From a virus: DNA of 64,000 nucleotides. A program made the translations under genes and the position numbers. Each line of letters starts with the position of its first letter. Positions within the stretch are counted from its first letter, which is position 1. Shown piece after piece: positions 51,182 to 61,142 of the stretch. Location: positions 1 to 64,000 of IMG/VR virus record IMGVR_UViG_3300042261_000652; one strand, given 5' to 3'. Below the pieces are notes generated by a model. It made no database searches, was not told where the DNA came from, and saw only the letters and a list, made by a program, of their open reading frames with translations.

Positions 51182-52159
51182 ATGATTGGAGAAATATTTT
51201 TCAATATGATGGAGCGTCAACACCCGATATTGGGTAGTTCTACCTTTTTGATGAAGCGATGGAAAAAATATACAATTTACTCTAAGAGTGGATCATATGT
51301 TCGGACAAATTATCTTAAGAGTGGATCTTATGGATGGAATGGTAAGGAAAATTCGGCGGCCAATTTTCAAAAGGATATTGCGTATAATAGAACAAATGCT
51401 CCGCATGGAGGAGTGTATTTTAACGAGCAGAGTTCTATAAAAGACGAATGGTATCAGACAGCGTCCATTTATTTGTATGATTATGTGACTGTTACTCAAG
51501 CATTCTATTTTCAATATGTTTATACCGCATCTGTGGCAGATCGGGTTCCGTCAGACGATAGTGATTATGCTGGAAATATTCCTACCAATAAGTGGAATCA
51601 TAGGGAGGGGACGTGGCGCAATAGTCCGAACTCAATCTATAGTAATTGGGTGTGGCATAATAACTCCTCATTCGTATATAGCGGAAATGATTATATATGG
51701 CCATATAATTCAATAGCGAGTATGCTTGTGGGGCGTCCAATATATGGATGGTCTTCAATTTATACAGGAACTCCCGCATGGGACATGGGATATCAAAAGC
51801 GAATGAAAACTCCATTAATATGGGACGATGGCACATATTTCGAAGTTGTTAATGGGTATCCAAGGAATCATTTTTCTCATAAGCGCCCATTATTTTCACT
51901 GTTTTCTTATCAAACTAGTGGACGCATTCATAGAACTTCTACAGGAACTCTTGCTCCACGAGATCCGGGGCCGCTCAATCCTGAATCTATGGATATTACC
52001 CGCTCATTTTATACGGAAATCGGCTATTATATGAGAAATCGTCAAACAATATCCACAACTATTGGACAAAATGGGTTGGAAGATGGAACGTTGCCCGTTC
52101 GATCGTTCCAAGTTGGAAATCTTAATTTAGTACAAACGGATAATGTAATAAACCACTAA
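51182..52159 (+). CDS. hypothetical structural protein
   Basis: 325-aa ORF. Confidence 0.4.
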   Translation: MIGEIFFNMMERQHPILGSSTFLMKRWKKYTIYSKSGSYVRTNYLKSGSYGWNGKENSAANFQKDIAYNRTNAPHGGVYFNEQSSIKDEWYQTASIYLYDYVTVTQAFYFQYVYTASVADRVPSDDSDYAGNIPTNKWNHREGTWRNSPNSIYSNWVWHNNSSFVYSGNDYIWPYNSIASMLVGRPIYGWSSIYTGTPAWDMGYQKRMKTPLIWDDGTYFEVVNGYPRNHFSHKRPLFSLFSYQTSGRIHRTSTGTLAPRDPGPLNPESMDITRSFYTEIGYYMRNRQTISTTIGQNGLEDGTLPVRSFQVGNLNLVQTDNVINH

Positions 52160-52207
52160 AAAGACTTCTCCGATGATACTTATAGATGAATACTCTTATA
52201 AAATTAT

Positions 52208-52846
52208 ATGGCATACATTGACAATCAAAGCATAACCGTTGATGCAGTTCTAACTAAAAAAGGCCGTGAACTGCTTGCAAAGAATGGTAATCTTAATATC
52301 ACGTCATTTGCTCTTGCAGATGATGAAATTGATTACACTTTATACGAACCAAATCATCCACAGGGCAGTGCATTTTATGACATTGCCATAAGAAATACTC
52401 CGGTCTTTGAACCGCTGACTGATGAAACACAAGTAATGAAATATAAGCTTGTCACATTAAATCAAGGCGTAACTGCGATTCCCGTCATTACAATTGCGCA
52501 GGATAAAATTTTAATTACGAAAAATTATACGGGTGATATTATTATTTCACCTTCTACCAATCCCGCATATAATCTTCAGGCGGGATATACTGCAATTCTC
52601 GGAAATAAAACCGTTGGTACTCTTATTGTTCAGCAAACCAATGCGATAAATACCGTGTCAAGTACAGTTCCAACATTTGCGGGAGACATCAATACTACTA
52701 GTGCTCAAGTTGTTGTTGGAAATAGTTTTAGATTTGTTCCAAATAGTAGTTTGGGAAAGACGACCACGACTAATTTAACAATTATTGGAAATGAATCTGG
52801 AGGAAGTATTGCGATAGAAGTAACTGTAACCGTACCAACTCAATAA
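52208..52846 (+). CDS. hypothetical structural protein
   Basis: 212-aa ORF. Confidence 0.4.
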   Translation: MAYIDNQSITVDAVLTKKGRELLAKNGNLNITSFALADDEIDYTLYEPNHPQGSAFYDIAIRNTPVFEPLTDETQVMKYKLVTLNQGVTAIPVITIAQDKILITKNYTGDIIISPSTNPAYNLQAGYTAILGNKTVGTLIVQQTNAINTVSSTVPTFAGDINTTSAQVVVGNSFRFVPNSSLGKTTTTNLTIIGNESGGSIAIEVTVTVPTQ

Positions 52847-52850
52847 ATTT

Positions 52851-54026
52851 ATGATATTTAAAACATTCAATGCCAATCAAGATATTGTAGCCGGGCGTAC
52901 GACTCGTGTTGCTAGTGGATTTTGGCCAAATGGGCTAACAAATTGGAGTCAGAGTTATTTCGTCGATGATTTTTGGGCATTAACAAGTTCCGCATCTCCA
53001 TCTCCGTCTTATGGAACTTCTTATTATGATGTTCGTCGGACGATGTATTATACCAATGTTTATCCGGCCGAATCATATAAAAATAATTCCGATCCATATT
53101 TTTGTATTACGTACGGTCATATCGCAGGACATTTGGGAAGCGGATCATGGGCACAAGAGTCTGCAAGTATCCAAGCATGTCCAACAAAAGCGATTTATAC
53201 TCAATATAAAAATCTTTTACTCGGAACATATGATTTGGATAATAAATTTACAATGATGTCTGCGAGTACTACGGTTGCTGCGGATGATATATGGGTTATA
53301 GATTTTTCCGCTTATAAAATGAAAGACCGAATCGATGAGGGGCTTCTCGAATTTACATTTAGTGGATCTTGGGACAATACCCTTACATTAATAGATGATT
53401 CTATTTACACTACGCAGAACCAAACCGTATATCAAATGGTTCCCGGCACAATTACAAATCCCGATTCTACACCAACATATATGGGCCTTGGATTATTTTA
53501 TCCGGCAAATGGCATTGTAATTTTGAATGCAAGTCTGTTGGCAGCACGTTTAGGACTTACGGGATCATTCGCATGGCCAAATGGAATTGGGCCAGCGGGC
53601 GGGACGGGGCCGGGCACAAATCAATCGTGGCCATATAATCCGAGTTTAACGCCCAATTCTTTCTTTGCAAATGAAATTGGATATACTTACAATCACAGAA
53701 CATTATTTATGTCTATGCTTTTAGCACGGGCGACAATCAAAGTTCGTAAGAGTGAGTATGTGCCTGCACGACACTATTTCATTCGAGTGATGAACCGGGA
53801 GTTTAATTACAGCAATAATCCGACATATGTATATGATGGAACGGACGACATACATCCGAAAGGAACCATTTATAATGAAGATTTTATTAACGATCCAAAA
53901 ACATATATTACTACGGTCGGACTTTATAATGATAGTAATGAGCTCGTTGCAGTAGCAAAATTAAGTCGCCCCGCCTTAAAGAACTTTTCCAACGAACTTT
54001 TGATACAAGTCAGATTGGATTTTTAG
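52851..54026 (+). CDS. hypothetical structural protein
   Basis: 391-aa ORF. Confidence 0.4.
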   Translation: MIFKTFNANQDIVAGRTTRVASGFWPNGLTNWSQSYFVDDFWALTSSASPSPSYGTSYYDVRRTMYYTNVYPAESYKNNSDPYFCITYGHIAGHLGSGSWAQESASIQACPTKAIYTQYKNLLLGTYDLDNKFTMMSASTTVAADDIWVIDFSAYKMKDRIDEGLLEFTFSGSWDNTLTLIDDSIYTTQNQTVYQMVPGTITNPDSTPTYMGLGLFYPANGIVILNASLLAARLGLTGSFAWPNGIGPAGGTGPGTNQSWPYNPSLTPNSFFANEIGYTYNHRTLFMSMLLARATIKVRKSEYVPARHYFIRVMNREFNYSNNPTYVYDGTDDIHPKGTIYNEDFINDPKTYITTVGLYNDSNELVAVAKLSRPALKNFSNELLIQVRLDF

Positions 54027-54101
54027 TGGAAGCCGCTGCAAATATATAGAAATGTCGTTCTGTGCCCGTGTGGTGTATGAACGACATTTTATTTATGAAG
54101 G

Positions 54102-54872
54102 TTGATGGCGGATATATTTATCGATCGAATGATTAAACAATTAAAAAAATCCGACATTTCTATTATGCCCTTTGTTGCGACGAAGGCGTGGGAATTATTT
54201 AATATCGATAATCAAGATAGCGTTTTGCTAGAACCATTGTCGGGAAGTGAAGTAATTTCAGATACCTGTGTCGCTATGGATTACATAGATTATAATGTTG
54301 GTCCTACGCCCATATGGAGTAACATTTGTAATATTGCACTTGAACAACAAGTAGATGATCAAGTAATTTACGAAGAGGGAATTAGCGGAAGTAAAGAATC
54401 GTTTGATATTAATAGTTCTAAAAATAATTCGGGGACATATAAAACATTACTTTATACTCAAATTTTTAACGCATTCTATAATAGATACCACAATCCGTCG
54501 CAGATATTTGGGATGGAGAATATTGATTTTCCTCTTAGTCAGACAAATAGATATATTGCGGATAATTTTAGAATGTTCACTATTCCGAGAAAATTTTTCG
54601 GGGATAAATTGGTGGAGAAAAGTATCAAATTTTATGATGCAACCTTCGATGATAATGTTTATATTTACGACGATGGGAGTGGTAATTTGATCGTATCTAG
54701 TAATTTATTTTCGAAAATTCAAGAGGTAAGATCTTTTAATAATAATGTAATCAGTGGATCGATTAGCGAGGGCGGTGGCGGAGAAGAAATCCCACCTTAT
54801 AGTGGAATTAGAGTTTTGGAAAATGATGATACTCGTATGACCGAGGACGGTTTCATACGAATAGTAGAATAA
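54102..54872 (+). CDS. hypothetical structural protein
   Basis: 256-aa ORF. Confidence 0.4.
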   Translation: MMADIFIDRMIKQLKKSDISIMPFVATKAWELFNIDNQDSVLLEPLSGSEVISDTCVAMDYIDYNVGPTPIWSNICNIALEQQVDDQVIYEEGISGSKESFDINSSKNNSGTYKTLLYTQIFNAFYNRYHNPSQIFGMENIDFPLSQTNRYIADNFRMFTIPRKFFGDKLVEKSIKFYDATFDDNVYIYDDGSGNLIVSSNLFSKIQEVRSFNNNVISGSISEGGGGEEIPPYSGIRVLENDDTRMTEDGFIRIVE

Positions 54873-54878
54873 TAAAAT

Positions 54879-57800
54879 ATGTATGTCCAAATTCAAAATG
54901 AAAATTTCGGATATGATGTAACTACATATGGCGATTATGTCGCCGTATCTAATCCGGCGAGTTTGCGATTTGATTGGATGACGGCCAGCATCCAGCGAAC
55001 GGGTTCAGTAGATTATTTTCGTTATAATAAAAACACAGATAGTCACGACTATGTAGGAACACTACATCAACCATATATAGATATTGAAGTTCTTCTTTCA
55101 CGAGAATTGGGCAGTAATGCTCTTCAAACTGAACGCCTCGGTCCTTCGTATACAAGAAATAGAGGGCTTCTCATAGATAAGAATGATTATACCAGATCGA
55201 TAGAAGACGGATTTGGCACATCTATAGATTTATATAATAAATATTTGATTGTTGGATCACCACATTGCAATCAAATAGTACAAACGACTGCGACTCTTTT
55301 TACAGCTTCCATAGCAAGTGCGCAGATTTATAATCTTGAAATTAGCGAGTATCTTAATTTTACTCCAATTACCGACTGTTTAGTATTTACGTTGTATGAT
55401 CCCGACACATATAATTTAAATTGGAATTCTGAATCATTTGGGAAGAGTGTTTCGATCAATAATGCATGGGCGGCGGTGGGATCTCCATCAATAAGCGGCT
55501 CGCAAGGAATGGTCTATGTCTATAGATATGAGCCAACTTCTAGTTTAGAAGGAAATGGTACGGCATCTGTCACGTGGTCATTTTTCCAAAAATTAGAACC
55601 GTCAGGAGCGTTGGCGGACGCTCAATTCGGATATTCTATAAAACTTAATAAATGTGCGGGATCTACAAGTCATAGTATGATCATTGGCTGCGGAAATCCA
55701 TACAATACCCGAGCATATTATTTCGAATTTTATAATGGCAAATGGAATCAGACATATACATTTATTCCGGATAAAACGCCCCATCCAATGACATTTGGTA
55801 ATTATTTACCATATGAGTTAACAATGAGCGATGGTAATTGGTTCGGAAAATCGGTATCGCTTTATGGAGATACGGTTACAATCGGCGAACCTTATGATAG
55901 AAGTTTTAAAGAATACAGCGGATCTAGTGTTTATAGACAAGGCTCGGCATATATTTTTGAGAGATGTCCCAGAGGCAGTCCTACATCTTACACGTTGCCA
56001 AAATCTCCAAATTCGGCAATTCAGTGGACTATAGCAGAAGATACCATATCTCCCACAATTATAGAATCTACTATTACTCCCGAATTATATCCACACGCTA
56101 CGATTAAAGTAAATAATAAATTATATTGTGGAGGATGGGGCGGAAAGATATATCGCTTAAATAATCCCGATAATAATCTTTCAGATATAGATTCTGCAAT
56201 TTGTAATGCCGGTACTGGAATATCTGCGGCATGTTATTCGGAAATTACAAATCGATTGTATTTTATGGTAAATGCAACTGCTTCGGGAAGTATTATTAGT
56301 GTAAACCCAAACAATTTGCAAGATCAACAGATTCTTGTCAGAGAATTGCCGCCATACAAGTCATTGCTGCCTCTCTGTACCGATGGCAATTATTTGTATA
56401 CTGCTATGACTGGATCTTATCCATATGCGGCGACAATTTTAAAAATTGATATTGTCAGCGGAGCAACGGTAGCAAGCAATGTGTGGATATCCGGTTCAAA
56501 TCCGACATATTATCCTCGGCGTCCCCACGCATCGGTTATGGATTCTGATAATGAACATTTTTACATTACCACTACATGGGGCCATATCGCAAAAGTTAAA
56601 TGTTCTGATTTATCTTATATTACGACGACATTGTCAGTAGATTTTCCCGTGGGACCATTTGTACCGCCATTCGCATCAATAACGGATGATATTGCATATT
56701 CGGACGGATTTGTATACGCATCTGTAGAAAGTGGGGGGAATATTTTTAAAATCAGCGGCTCAAATTTGGATTTTAAAGCGTATCCGGTCGCACACAATTC
56801 ATATGGCGTATATGCATATGATAAACACGTTTATTTATTGGCACATTCCGAAATATGGGTCTATTTAAATGGAGATTTAGATGGCGGGCCTATTAGATTT
56901 AATATACCACTTAGTAATGGATGTGTTTGTAATGAATTGTGGAAAACGGATGGTGGTAAATTTGTCTATACCGAATTTGTCAGTTCGGGTGCGCCTACAG
57001 GGAAGATAACATCGTGTCTTTTCCCTGAGAGTTATGAGCTTCCCGCTCCGACCATATTCAGACAAGCTCTTAAAACTTATGGCAATGAAAATATCCTTAA
57101 AAATAATTGTTTGGGATGGTCTGTAGAAATGTTTGGTGAATATATCATTGTTGGAAGTCCAAAGACAAATGTTATAAGTATGAGTTCATCGTATATTGGG
57201 GGGACTTTAGAACAACTACACCAATGTAATTCGGATCTGGAAAATCTTCTATGTGGCCAAGCAATGCTGATGGCTCGAAATACATCGTCCTCGGAATGGG
57301 ATATAGTCAATATTTATCAAAAAAAGAAGAAATATCTTAGTCCATATCGTAGTTATGGGTTTGATGTCGGAATCGCCGATAAATCAATGGTAGTAGGAGC
57401 CCCGCTTTATCTTTGCAATGATGTGCGCCAGATTAACATTACTACAACTGCGAGCAACAATGTAGTCATGGACAGTATAAGTGGAAAGGCGTATATTTAT
57501 AATCTTAACGATTTACGGTCGGATTTTCACGTTGGGAACGTATTTTATCGCAACGGAAAAATTGTAATAATGACCTCCGGATCTGCATTTGATGGGTTAT
57601 TCTTTAATCCGCCGAACACATTTAATTATGAGTATGATTTGGAATTTAAGAGTAGCCATACTATTTTCGAAAAACAAGTAATTTGCACCGTAAATCCCGG
57701 GGAATTTAATGTTAGTACTAATCCAACGGCTCTGTTATCTACATCTGCATCGTTGGATGTAAATAAAAATGGATGGGTTGATTTTCAAGATGTGGATATT

Positions 57801-58376
57801 ATTTTGCGATATATGCAATATAAAAATACGTCTCAATTGGGCGTTCCAGTCACGACCGATTGGAGTTCGTCGGTGGTCGTCAATGATGATGAAAAGAGCT
57901 TACTGCGGTGGTATCAAGAAATATATGACGATCCCGATACAAGTACCCATACGTCTGAAAGTATTTACACGTGGGAAACTCAGGATACGCAAATGCAAGA
58001 TGTGCTCGATTTGAATGATGATAATAAAATTGATGTTCGGGATATGAACATTATGTGGAAATATTTTGCGAACAGACTGACCCAGGAGAATTATGCGGCA
58101 TATATCACTCCATCGTGCAAACGTAAATTATTTAGTGATGTCGTAGATTATATGGATTATCTTACTCGGAAGAGCGTGAAACCACATATTGATCCGCAAT
58201 TTATGAATTATGAACAATCCGTCGCATTGGATAAAACTGGATCATTTCTTGCTCCAATGGCTACTACCATCGGTCTTTATAGTGGACTGGATCTCGTTGT
58301 TATAGCAAAATTAGGAAGTCCAATTAAAATTACGCCCGAACTTCCTATAAATTTCGTAGTCAAAATGGACTTCTGA
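54879..58376 (+). CDS. very large structural protein (1165 aa) with two dockerin-like calcium-binding repeats near the C-terminus
   Basis: DVNKNGWVDFQDVDIILRY and DLNDDNKIDVRDMNIMWKY (D-x-N-x-D/N-G/K-x-I/V-D-x-x-D-x...; nt ~57757-58070). Confidence 0.5.
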   Translation: MYVQIQNENFGYDVTTYGDYVAVSNPASLRFDWMTASIQRTGSVDYFRYNKNTDSHDYVGTLHQPYIDIEVLLSRELGSNALQTERLGPSYTRNRGLLIDKNDYTRSIEDGFGTSIDLYNKYLIVGSPHCNQIVQTTATLFTASIASAQIYNLEISEYLNFTPITDCLVFTLYDPDTYNLNWNSESFGKSVSINNAWAAVGSPSISGSQGMVYVYRYEPTSSLEGNGTASVTWSFFQKLEPSGALADAQFGYSIKLNKCAGSTSHSMIIGCGNPYNTRAYYFEFYNGKWNQTYTFIPDKTPHPMTFGNYLPYELTMSDGNWFGKSVSLYGDTVTIGEPYDRSFKEYSGSSVYRQGSAYIFERCPRGSPTSYTLPKSPNSAIQWTIAEDTISPTIIESTITPELYPHATIKVNNKLYCGGWGGKIYRLNNPDNNLSDIDSAICNAGTGISAACYSEITNRLYFMVNATASGSIISVNPNNLQDQQILVRELPPYKSLLPLCTDGNYLYTAMTGSYPYAATILKIDIVSGATVASNVWISGSNPTYYPRRPHASVMDSDNEHFYITTTWGHIAKVKCSDLSYITTTLSVDFPVGPFVPPFASITDDIAYSDGFVYASVESGGNIFKISGSNLDFKAYPVAHNSYGVYAYDKHVYLLAHSEIWVYLNGDLDGGPIRFNIPLSNGCVCNELWKTDGGKFVYTEFVSSGAPTGKITSCLFPESYELPAPTIFRQALKTYGNENILKNNCLGWSVEMFGEYIIVGSPKTNVISMSSSYIGGTLEQLHQCNSDLENLLCGQAMLMARNTSSSEWDIVNIYQKKKKYLSPYRSYGFDVGIADKSMVVGAPLYLCNDVRQINITTTASNNVVMDSISGKAYIYNLNDLRSDFHVGNVFYRNGKIVIMTSGSAFDGLFFNPPNTFNYEYDLEFKSSHTIFEKQVICTVNPGEFNVSTNPTALLSTSASLDVNKNGWVDFQDVDIILRYMQYKNTSQLGVPVTTDWSSSVVVNDDEKSLLRWYQEIYDDPDTSTHTSESIYTWETQDTQMQDVLDLNDDNKIDVRDMNIMWKYFANRLTQENYAAYITPSCKRKLFSDVVDYMDYLTRKSVKPHIDPQFMNYEQSVALDKTGSFLAPMATTIGLYSGLDLVVIAKLGSPIKITPELPINFVVKMDF

Positions 58377-58405
58377 TAGATATTTATATAAAAGGATAAA
58401 AACAT

Positions 58406-58876
58406 ATGCCAGATACAACTAATAGAGATTCGTTGGTGAAAAACATTAATGACAGGTATGCTACCCAGCGTGCGGGCGGTGCGTTCGATGTAAAGGAAAC
58501 GCTGGGACAGCCCAATACCGAAGTTTCACCTGGAAAAGTCATTGACGCTAAAAGTGTGTCGGGACAGACATATCAAACCAAAAATGGATTTGTGGCAAAG
58601 AGTGAGACCGGAATTTCTCAACTTAAAGTTGTTCAGTCCAATGGGTCTGATGGCAGTTCTCAATATTCCCCTCCGAAGGGGGCAGACGTATCCGGTCAAG
58701 TAATAGATGCGGCAAGCGCCAATGGGCAAGCATTTCAAACTCCGAATGGATATGTAGTTAAAGTTCAGCCAATGGTTTCTCAACTCAAAGTTGTCCAATC
58801 TAATGGACAAGGAACGGATGGACAATCTCGATATGTAAAGGGCATAGATACGAGAAAATATAGCAACTTCAAATAA
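58406..58876 (+). CDS. small protein with an internal ~45-aa duplication
   Basis: SGQTYQTKNGFVAKSETGISQLKVVQSNGSDG resembles NGQAFQTPNGYVVKVQPMVSQLKVVQSNGQGT. Confidence 0.4.
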   Translation: MPDTTNRDSLVKNINDRYATQRAGGAFDVKETLGQPNTEVSPGKVIDAKSVSGQTYQTKNGFVAKSETGISQLKVVQSNGSDGSSQYSPPKGADVSGQVIDAASANGQAFQTPNGYVVKVQPMVSQLKVVQSNGQGTDGQSRYVKGIDTRKYSNFK

Positions 58877-58885
58877 ATTTTAAAA

Positions 58886-58936
58886 AATCGTCTTGCACGC
58901 TTCTATGTATTAGATGTCGGCAAGACGATTTTTGCT
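58886..58936 (+). terminator. rho-independent terminator
   Basis: 11-bp stem AATCGTCTTGC / GCAAGACGATT followed by TTTTGCT. Confidence 0.5.
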
Positions 58937-58965
58937 GTACATACTTAAACTAAGTTATAAAATAT

Positions 58966-59469
58966 ATGACACTGGGATTTGATTGTTCAACAGCATGTTG
59001 CGGTTGGGCATTTTGGGATGGACTTAAAATTATAGATGCGGGATTTATAGAATTGTCCAAATTTAAAAGTAATAAGGATAAAGCATTTCACGTTATTTCT
59101 GTATTAGATTCCAACCCGCACAGAGCGGGTATAACTAAAATAAACCTCGAGGCGGCATTGTCGGGATTTATGGGGGGTAGAACAAGTCAACAGACTATTA
59201 TTAAACTGGCAAGGTTTAATGCGGTGTTTGAATATATTATTTCGGAGCAATGGAAGCTTCCCGTCAATCTAATTAATGTTGCGACCGCTCGTAAAGCAGT
59301 ATTGGGAAAAGCGAGAGTCAAGGGTCTTACAGGTAAAGAATATGTTCAACAAGAACTTCCAAAAATTCGTCCAGAAATTACTCGCTTTGAAAAGCTAAAT
59401 ACAAAAAATAAATGGGACGAAAAAAATGGTGATATGTATGATGCAGTCGTCATTAGTTGTGCAATGTGA
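58966..59469 (+). CDS. RuvC-like Holliday junction resolvase
   Basis: N-terminal LGFDCSTACCGWA (cf. RuvC LGIDPGSRVTGYG). C-terminal DMYDAVVISCAM (cf. RuvC DAADALAIAITH). Confidence 0.55.
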   Translation: MTLGFDCSTACCGWAFWDGLKIIDAGFIELSKFKSNKDKAFHVISVLDSNPHRAGITKINLEAALSGFMGGRTSQQTIIKLARFNAVFEYIISEQWKLPVNLINVATARKAVLGKARVKGLTGKEYVQQELPKIRPEITRFEKLNTKNKWDEKNGDMYDAVVISCAM

Positions 59470-59510
59470 ATGCTCCCCTACCCTAAAGCCATCGGGGCTT
59501 TCTGGCTCCG
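59467..59510. mobile_element. degenerate second copy of the IS605-family right-end motif (GTGAATGCTCCCCTACCCTAAAGCCATCGGGGC)
   Basis: Its first 23 nt are identical to 10445-10467. The reverse complement encodes ...APMALG*, like the tnpB C-terminus APIPLG*. Confidence 0.4.
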
Positions 59511-59570
59511 TTAATATAGAATAGTAAAAAAACATTCATAAGATAGATGGTGGATGATATTTATTAATGT

Positions 59571-59783
59571 ATGAAAAATATTACAATTGCTTGTGATAGA
59601 TGTGGACGAGTTATTCAGGGAACGATAGACAAATGTCCGCATACGGGCGCAATAATTACAGAGGGTTATTATGATGTTGCGGGATTAAATTGGCACGAAT
59701 TTGCCAGATGGGAAGAAGAATTCATCTGCGACGATTGTATGCATTCCGATCCCAAATATAAAGAATTATATTCGTTGACTTGA
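59571..59783 (+). CDS. small zinc-finger protein
   Basis: CDRCGR...CPH...C..C Cys4/His pattern. 70 aa. Confidence 0.4.
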   Translation: MKNITIACDRCGRVIQGTIDKCPHTGAIITEGYYDVAGLNWHEFARWEEEFICDDCMHSDPKYKELYSLT

Positions 59784-60082
59784 AAGAAGGGTTTTTATAT
59801 TTAATTTCAAATGACGCATTCCCAGGATATGTGAAGGTTGGGATTACGGAAGACATTTCTTCTCGATTGAGAACGTATCAAACGTCAGATCCAAGACGTA
59901 AATATAAGGTGGAATCTTATATCTTTCACCCCGACGTTCGTGCCGCAGAGAAACAAATTAAAGAATTAATGAAGCCGTTTGCTAAACGTGTTCGCAATGA
60001 ATGGTATGAGATCGATCTACACATGGCCGTTCCACGATTACAGGAAACCTTGGCAGACCGGGAGGATATTAAAATAAGTTGA
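59780..60082 (+). CDS. T5orf172 / MUG113-like (GIY-YIG superfamily) domain protein
   Basis: GFLYLISNDAFPGYVKVGITEDISSRLRTYQTSDP...EWYEIDL matches the T5orf172 pattern GxxYxxxN....KIGxTxxxxxRxxxxxTxxP...EWF. Confidence 0.55.
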   Translation: MKEGFLYLISNDAFPGYVKVGITEDISSRLRTYQTSDPRRKYKVESYIFHPDVRAAEKQIKELMKPFAKRVRNEWYEIDLHMAVPRLQETLADREDIKIS

Positions 60083-60155
60083 GTTTTATTGGCCAATATT
60101 GTAATATCGTTGATATGCTTAGCGCAAAACAACGATTTGACAAAATAAGGACGCA

Positions 60156-61106
60156 ATGTTAATTCAATCTGAATTGGTTTCCATTCTCAATGAGGCACTT
60201 TCTCAACAGGGGAAGTTTCGCAAGGCGGGGTCACAATTGATATTCCACTGTCCTTTTTGTGCCGATAAAAACCTAATAACCAGAAAATTGGAGATTGCTT
60301 TATCTGGCCCAAGAGTTGGGAATTATCACTGTTGGCGCTGCGACACGAAAGGTAGTTCATTCGGTCATCTTTTAAAAAGACTCAATGCTCCGCAGAATAT
60401 CAGAGATGCTGTTTTTAAATTAACGGGTGATATTCGCATTATCCGTAGATCTGAATCGGACTCCGAGTCGTGTGTTGTCTTGCCCGATGAATTTAAACCA
60501 CTATCAATACCACGAAATTCGCCCGAATATAGAAACGCAATCGCATATTTGAAGCGGCGTGGGGTTGGTCGGGAAGATATACTCCGATATCACTTGGGAT
60601 ATTGCGAAGATGGCGAGTATGAACATCACATTATTATTCCATCATATGATGCCGAAGGGGCACTTAATTTTTTTATTGGTCGGCGTTATTATGACGTGGA
60701 TGGCATTCCCCGACATAAAAAGCCGAATGTTTCTATGGATTTAGTTGGATTTGAATGCTTTGTTAATTATAATGAGCCTGTAATTCTGGTGGAAGGCGCA
60801 TTCAATGCCATTGCAATTAGACAAAATGCCATTCCATTATTTGGAAAATTTCCATCTAAAACACTTTACTCTAAATTAATTTCCAACAATGTGCCGAAGG
60901 TTTATGTTTGTTTAGATGCCGACGCCGAACAGGAGTCTTTGTCGATTTGCACACGATTGTTGCGACTTGGAATATCGCCATTTATTGTAAATATTACGGG
61001 TGGGAAAGATGCCAATGAGGTCGGATTTAAAAAGGCATGGCAATGCATAGAATCTGCGATAGAAGTGGATTCTTCATTTTTGCTTAGAAAGCAATTGTTC
61101 GCTTAA
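60156..61106 (+). CDS. DNA primase (CHC2-type zinc finger + TOPRIM)
   Basis: HCPFCADKN...YHCWRCDTKG zinc-binding motif. TOPRIM-like ILVEGAFNAIAI ... YVCLDADAEQE. Confidence 0.65.
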   Translation: MLIQSELVSILNEALSQQGKFRKAGSQLIFHCPFCADKNLITRKLEIALSGPRVGNYHCWRCDTKGSSFGHLLKRLNAPQNIRDAVFKLTGDIRIIRRSESDSESCVVLPDEFKPLSIPRNSPEYRNAIAYLKRRGVGREDILRYHLGYCEDGEYEHHIIIPSYDAEGALNFFIGRRYYDVDGIPRHKKPNVSMDLVGFECFVNYNEPVILVEGAFNAIAIRQNAIPLFGKFPSKTLYSKLISNNVPKVYVCLDADAEQESLSICTRLLRLGISPFIVNITGGKDANEVGFKKAWQCIESAIEVDSSFLLRKQLFA

Positions 61107-61142
61107 TATCTACGAAGAATTGTTAATGGAAGATATAAATCT

